Assembly (NCBI GenBank): GCA_039714775.1
Contig: JBDLIQ010000007.1
Span: 613 to 64,612, forward strand
Length of the DNA stretch: 64,000 nt
Source of the DNA: Bacteroidota bacterium
GTDB lineage: Bacteria; Bacteroidota; Bacteroidia; Bacteroidales; GCA-2748055
Direction: 5' to 3'
Positions 60,820 through 64,000 of the stretch are shown here, in pieces. The translations under genes were made by a program, and so were the position numbers. The notes below the pieces were generated by a model, which saw only the letters and a program-made list of their open reading frames with translations, did not search any database and had not been told where the DNA came from. Numbering within the stretch: the stretch's first letter is position 1; the number at the start of each line of letters is the position of its first letter.

Positions 60820-61515
60820 ATGACGAATCACAATAGCAATCAAGGAGATAACGGAAAAAAGAATGAGCCGGATTGTTTTCAGTTAATCTCCCGGGAAGAT
60901 TTGGAGTTACTGAGCGAAAACAGAACCCAGCTTACCTATCTGAAGGGGGATACTATTTTTATACAGGGTGCATTTGCCCCCCATGTGCTGTTTATCCAGT
61001 CGGGATTGGTCAAGGTCTATCTCAGGACCGGTCCCACCAAGCAGCAGAATCTCTGGCTGGCCAGAAGTGGTGATTTTCTGGCCTTTGCTTCCATGTTTGG
61101 AGAGAAAGTCTATCCCTATTCGGCCGTGGCCCTGAAAGATGCGGAGCTACTGATGATCGAGATGGAGAGTCTCAGGACACTGCTTAAATCAAATCCGGAG
61201 TTTTCTCTCAGGATCACCTCCAAGAACCATGGGACACAGGCACATCTGCTCGATATCATCACCAATCTCTCTTACAAACAGATGCGCGGTAAACTCGCAT
61301 CGTGCCTGACCTACCTCAATTCCGAACCCTTTCAGCAGGATCAGGCATTCAGGTATCTCTCGCGTCAGGATATTGCCGATTTTGCCTCCATATCGGTCGA
61401 AAGCGTGATCAGGTTTCTGAAAGAGTTTGAGAAGGAGGGGATGATTGCGCTGGAAGGCAAGAACATTACCCTGACCGATCCTCAAAGACTTTCAGAGATC
61501 AGCAAGACCGGATAG
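60820..61515 (+). CDS. Crp/Fnr family regulator
   Basis: KGDTIFIQG, SGLVKV, YSAVAL, HTH SRQDIADFASISVESVIRFL. Confidence 0.92.
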   Translation: MTNHNSNQGDNGKKNEPDCFQLISREDLELLSENRTQLTYLKGDTIFIQGAFAPHVLFIQSGLVKVYLRTGPTKQQNLWLARSGDFLAFASMFGEKVYPYSAVALKDAELLMIEMESLRTLLKSNPEFSLRITSKNHGTQAHLLDIITNLSYKQMRGKLASCLTYLNSEPFQQDQAFRYLSRQDIADFASISVESVIRFLKEFEKEGMIALEGKNITLTDPQRLSEISKTG

Positions 61516-61550
61516 TTGTTCCAGTCATTCCCACATTAAAAAAATATATT

Positions 61551-61580
61551 TTTGATATGAGAATATTCTCATTATCTTTG
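61551..61580 (+). promoter_or_regulatory. Promoter with palindrome ATGAGAATATTCTCAT (second copy)
   Basis: TTTG 61551-61554, palindrome 61557-61572, TATCTTTG 61573-61580. Confidence 0.8.
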
Positions 61581-61610
61581 TCCCGGTTTTAACACATCAA
61601 AAGAGAACAG

Positions 61611-61928
61611 ATGAAGACAGTGATTACATCAACAGGAAATTCCCTGAAGTCAGATTTCGATGAAAGATTTGGCAGGGCGGATTGGTTTTGTATCCTTGAA
61701 GAGAAGGGAAAAAAAGCAGCCTTTATTAAGAATGAGATGGCCGATGCCACCGGCGGAGCCGGCGTAAAGGCAGCAGAGACGATGGCGGAACTTGGGGTCA
61801 AGAGAGTGATCTCGGGCGATTTTGGACCAAAGGCGAAAGATCTGCTGGAAAAACTGAATATCGAGATGGTGCTCCAGAAAGAGAGCAATGTGACCATTGG
61901 TGATGTCATTTCCGGCATGGATGAGTAA
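61611..61928 (+). CDS. NifB/NifX (dinitrogenase FeMo-cofactor domain) family protein
   Basis: RFGRADWF, GGAGVKAAE, VISGDFGPKA. Confidence 0.88.
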   Translation: MKTVITSTGNSLKSDFDERFGRADWFCILEEKGKKAAFIKNEMADATGGAGVKAAETMAELGVKRVISGDFGPKAKDLLEKLNIEMVLQKESNVTIGDVISGMDE

Positions 61929-61940
61929 TCCGCAAGGATC

Positions 61941-62816
61941 ATGAAAAAAATTGCAGTAGCAAGTGGAAAAGGGGGGACAGGCAAAACTACGGTGGCAGTT
62001 AACCTGTTTCACCAGATAGCAAATGATCACACCGCGAAGGTGGAGCTGGTGGATTGTGATGTGGAAGAGCCAAACGATCATCTCTTCTTTGAAGGGCTGG
62101 AGGTTCGTAAGGAGAAACAGGCCACCCAGTTGATCCCCACCATCGATAACGACAAATGCACCTATTGCAGAAAATGCGCTGAGTGGTGTGAATTTAATGC
62201 CATTGTTGTGATCCCCCCTGCAAAATTTGCAGAGGTGAACCCAAGTCTCTGTCACTCGTGTGGTGCCTGTATTGTTGCCTGTGAACATGGAGCCATCTCG
62301 GAAAACCCGGAGGAGATCGGTGTCATGCGAACCTGTAACACAGGGAACAATGGCATCCTGACCGATGGTTCGCTTAAGATCGGTTCTGCCATGCAGACCA
62401 TGTTGATCAAGCAGGTGAAGGAGCAGGTTTCGGACGATAACGAGGTGGTCATTTTCGATGCACCTCCCGGCACCAGTTGTCCTGTCGTTGAAACAGTTTC
62501 CGATTCGGATTATGTGATCCTGGTAACCGAGCCCACACCTTTTGGATTGCACGATCTCAAACTGACAGTTGAACTGCTCAAAGAGATCAACAAACCGTTT
62601 GGTGTGGTTGTCAACAAAGCCGGACTGGGTGACCGGAAGGTCTATGATTATCTCGAAGAGGAGCAGATCGAAATGTTGGGGGAGATCCCTTTTCAGCTCG
62701 ATTATGCCTCGCTCTATGCAAAGGGGGAGCTTCTGAAACATATTCCGGAAGATGTTGAACCTGTCTACAGGGCGATCGCAGAGAAAGTGTTAAACAGTAA
62801 CAATGCTCATTCATGA
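61941..62816 (+). CDS. MinD/ParA-family P-loop ATPase with an inserted 2x[4Fe-4S] domain
   Basis: ASGKGGTGKTT, DCDVEEPN, CTYCRKCAEWC, CHSCGACIVAC, DAPPGTSCP, TEPTPFGLHDL. Confidence 0.9.
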   Translation: MKKIAVASGKGGTGKTTVAVNLFHQIANDHTAKVELVDCDVEEPNDHLFFEGLEVRKEKQATQLIPTIDNDKCTYCRKCAEWCEFNAIVVIPPAKFAEVNPSLCHSCGACIVACEHGAISENPEEIGVMRTCNTGNNGILTDGSLKIGSAMQTMLIKQVKEQVSDDNEVVIFDAPPGTSCPVVETVSDSDYVILVTEPTPFGLHDLKLTVELLKEINKPFGVVVNKAGLGDRKVYDYLEEEQIEMLGEIPFQLDYASLYAKGELLKHIPEDVEPVYRAIAEKVLNSNNAHS

Positions 62817-63679
62817 AGGAGATAACCATACTTAGCGGCAAGGGGGGGACTGGTAAGACAACCATCACAGCGGCCATCGCATCCATTGCATCCGATGCTG
62901 TTTTTTGCGACAACGATGTGGATGCTGCAGACCTTCATCTGATCCTCGAACCCTCAATCCGGGAGGAGAACCATTACCTGGGATCCTGGGTCGCATCCAT
63001 CGATGAATCTCAATGCAACGGGTGTAACATTTGTCAGGATCAGTGCCGTTTTGATGCCATTCATACCAACGAGAACGGTTTCCCGGAGATCAATCCCCTC
63101 CAGTGTGAAGGGTGCCGCCTCTGTGAAAGACTCTGTCCGGTTGATGCCATCTCCTCGGAGCGCAGTGACCGCAATTTCTGGTATGTTTCAGACACCCGGT
63201 TCGGCACCCTGGTCCATGCACATATGGGACCGGGTGAAGATAATTCGGGGAAGCTTGTGTCGGAAGTGCGAAAAAAGGCCAAAGAGCTGGCTGTGGAGCA
63301 GAACGCAAAATATGTGATTAATGACGGTCCTCCCGGGATCGGTTGTTCCGCCATCTCTTCCGTGACAGGAACCGACCAGGTTCTGATGGTGATCGAGCCC
63401 ACTGTGTCGGGACTGCATGATGCAAGCCGGCTGGTTGAGTTGATCGATAGCTTCTCTATCCCCATGGCTGCCCTGATCAATAAATATGACATCAATCTGG
63501 AGATGACCACCGAAATCGAAAACTTCCTTGAGGAGAAGAAGATACCGCTGGTTGGAAGGATTCCCTTTGATCAGCACATGGTGGAGTCCATGGTGGAAGG
63601 CAAATCAATCGTGGAGTTTGACAGGGAGTCGGAGGCCTCGCAGATCATCATCAATGCATGGAAAGCAGTTAAAAGTTGA
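62813..63679 (+). CDS. MinD/ParA-family P-loop ATPase with 2x[4Fe-4S] (paralog)
   Basis: SGKGGTGKTT, DVDAADL, CNGCNICQDQC, CEGCRLCERLC, NSGKLV, DGPPGIGC. Confidence 0.9.
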   Translation: MKEITILSGKGGTGKTTITAAIASIASDAVFCDNDVDAADLHLILEPSIREENHYLGSWVASIDESQCNGCNICQDQCRFDAIHTNENGFPEINPLQCEGCRLCERLCPVDAISSERSDRNFWYVSDTRFGTLVHAHMGPGEDNSGKLVSEVRKKAKELAVEQNAKYVINDGPPGIGCSAISSVTGTDQVLMVIEPTVSGLHDASRLVELIDSFSIPMAALINKYDINLEMTTEIENFLEEKKIPLVGRIPFDQHMVESMVEGKSIVEFDRESEASQIIINAWKAVKS

Positions 63680-63710
63680 AAGTGGACATGTTAATGAACA
63701 ACCATAAGAT

Positions 63711-64000
63711 ATGAGTAAGAAAGAGAGAATATTTCCCGAATCGGGCGTTGAGTTATCCCCATTCATGTCGAAGCACTATGACAGGGTCCTTTCCCTGGCT
63801 ACCATGGGCCGGTACCCCCGGATCATCAAACAGGCAATCAAAGATATGGAGATACAGCCCGATGACAGGATCCTGGACCTGGGATGCGGAACGGGGTATA
63901 ATGCCAGCCTTATGGCCCACTACCTGGGGGCGAAGGGACGCATCCAGGGGATCGACATCTCAGATGAGATGGCCGGGCAGTTTCAGGAGCGCTTCCATGA
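63711..64000 (+). CDS. Class I SAM-dependent methyltransferase, UbiE-like (runs off the window)
   Basis: Manual translation MSKKERIFPESG...HYDRVLSLATMG...ILDLGCGTG..GIDIS. Confidence 0.8.
   Translation, partial: MSKKERIFPESGVELSPFMSKHYDRVLSLATMGRYPRIIKQAIKDMEIQPDDRILDLGCGTGYNASLMAHYLGAKGRIQGIDISDEMAGQFQERFH

Noticed and set aside
61611-61928. NifX-like gene as evidence of nitrogen fixation
   Set aside because: No nifHDK or nifENB genes are in the window, and this domain is widespread in non-diazotrophic anaerobes.

Overview
Chromosomal window from an anaerobic Bacteroidota (Bacteroidales-like) bacterium, judged from TAnnTTTG promoters, porT, the rpsU-xerC-raiA-tRNA-tuf-secE-nusG-rplKAJL-rpoBC-DUF3467 synteny and the lack of Shine-Dalgarno sites. 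About 1-39 kb is mostly housekeeping: gap, a divergent purL, porT, a BamA/TamA-family gene, fbaA, five tRNAs and the translation/RNA polymerase cluster. It also holds a MITE-like palindrome, a RhuM remnant and a small lipoprotein absent from the ORF track. About 39.3-64 kb is a coherent redox island that probably handles sulfur. Its core is a complete operon for an MBS/MBX-type (membrane-bound sulfane reductase-like) complex in the gene order known from Thermococcales, lacking NiFe ligands, with an H-H' antiporter fusion and an MbsN-GltD flavoprotein fusion. A DHOD-like flavoprotein follows it, and two paralogous unknown proteins bracket it. The island also encodes an octaheme tetrathionate-reductase-family cytochrome with a cytochrome b-PAS-PAS partner, an HQF-type thioredoxin reductase with an atypical thioredoxin, TDT/DUF302/OsmC genes, two Crp/Fnr regulators and an Orp-like NifX plus Fe-S ATPase cluster. 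An identical palindrome (candidate operator) sits in promoters at both ends of the island. A BrnT/BrnA islet is inserted at the 3' end of one crp gene. All family calls come from reading motifs; no database searches were run.
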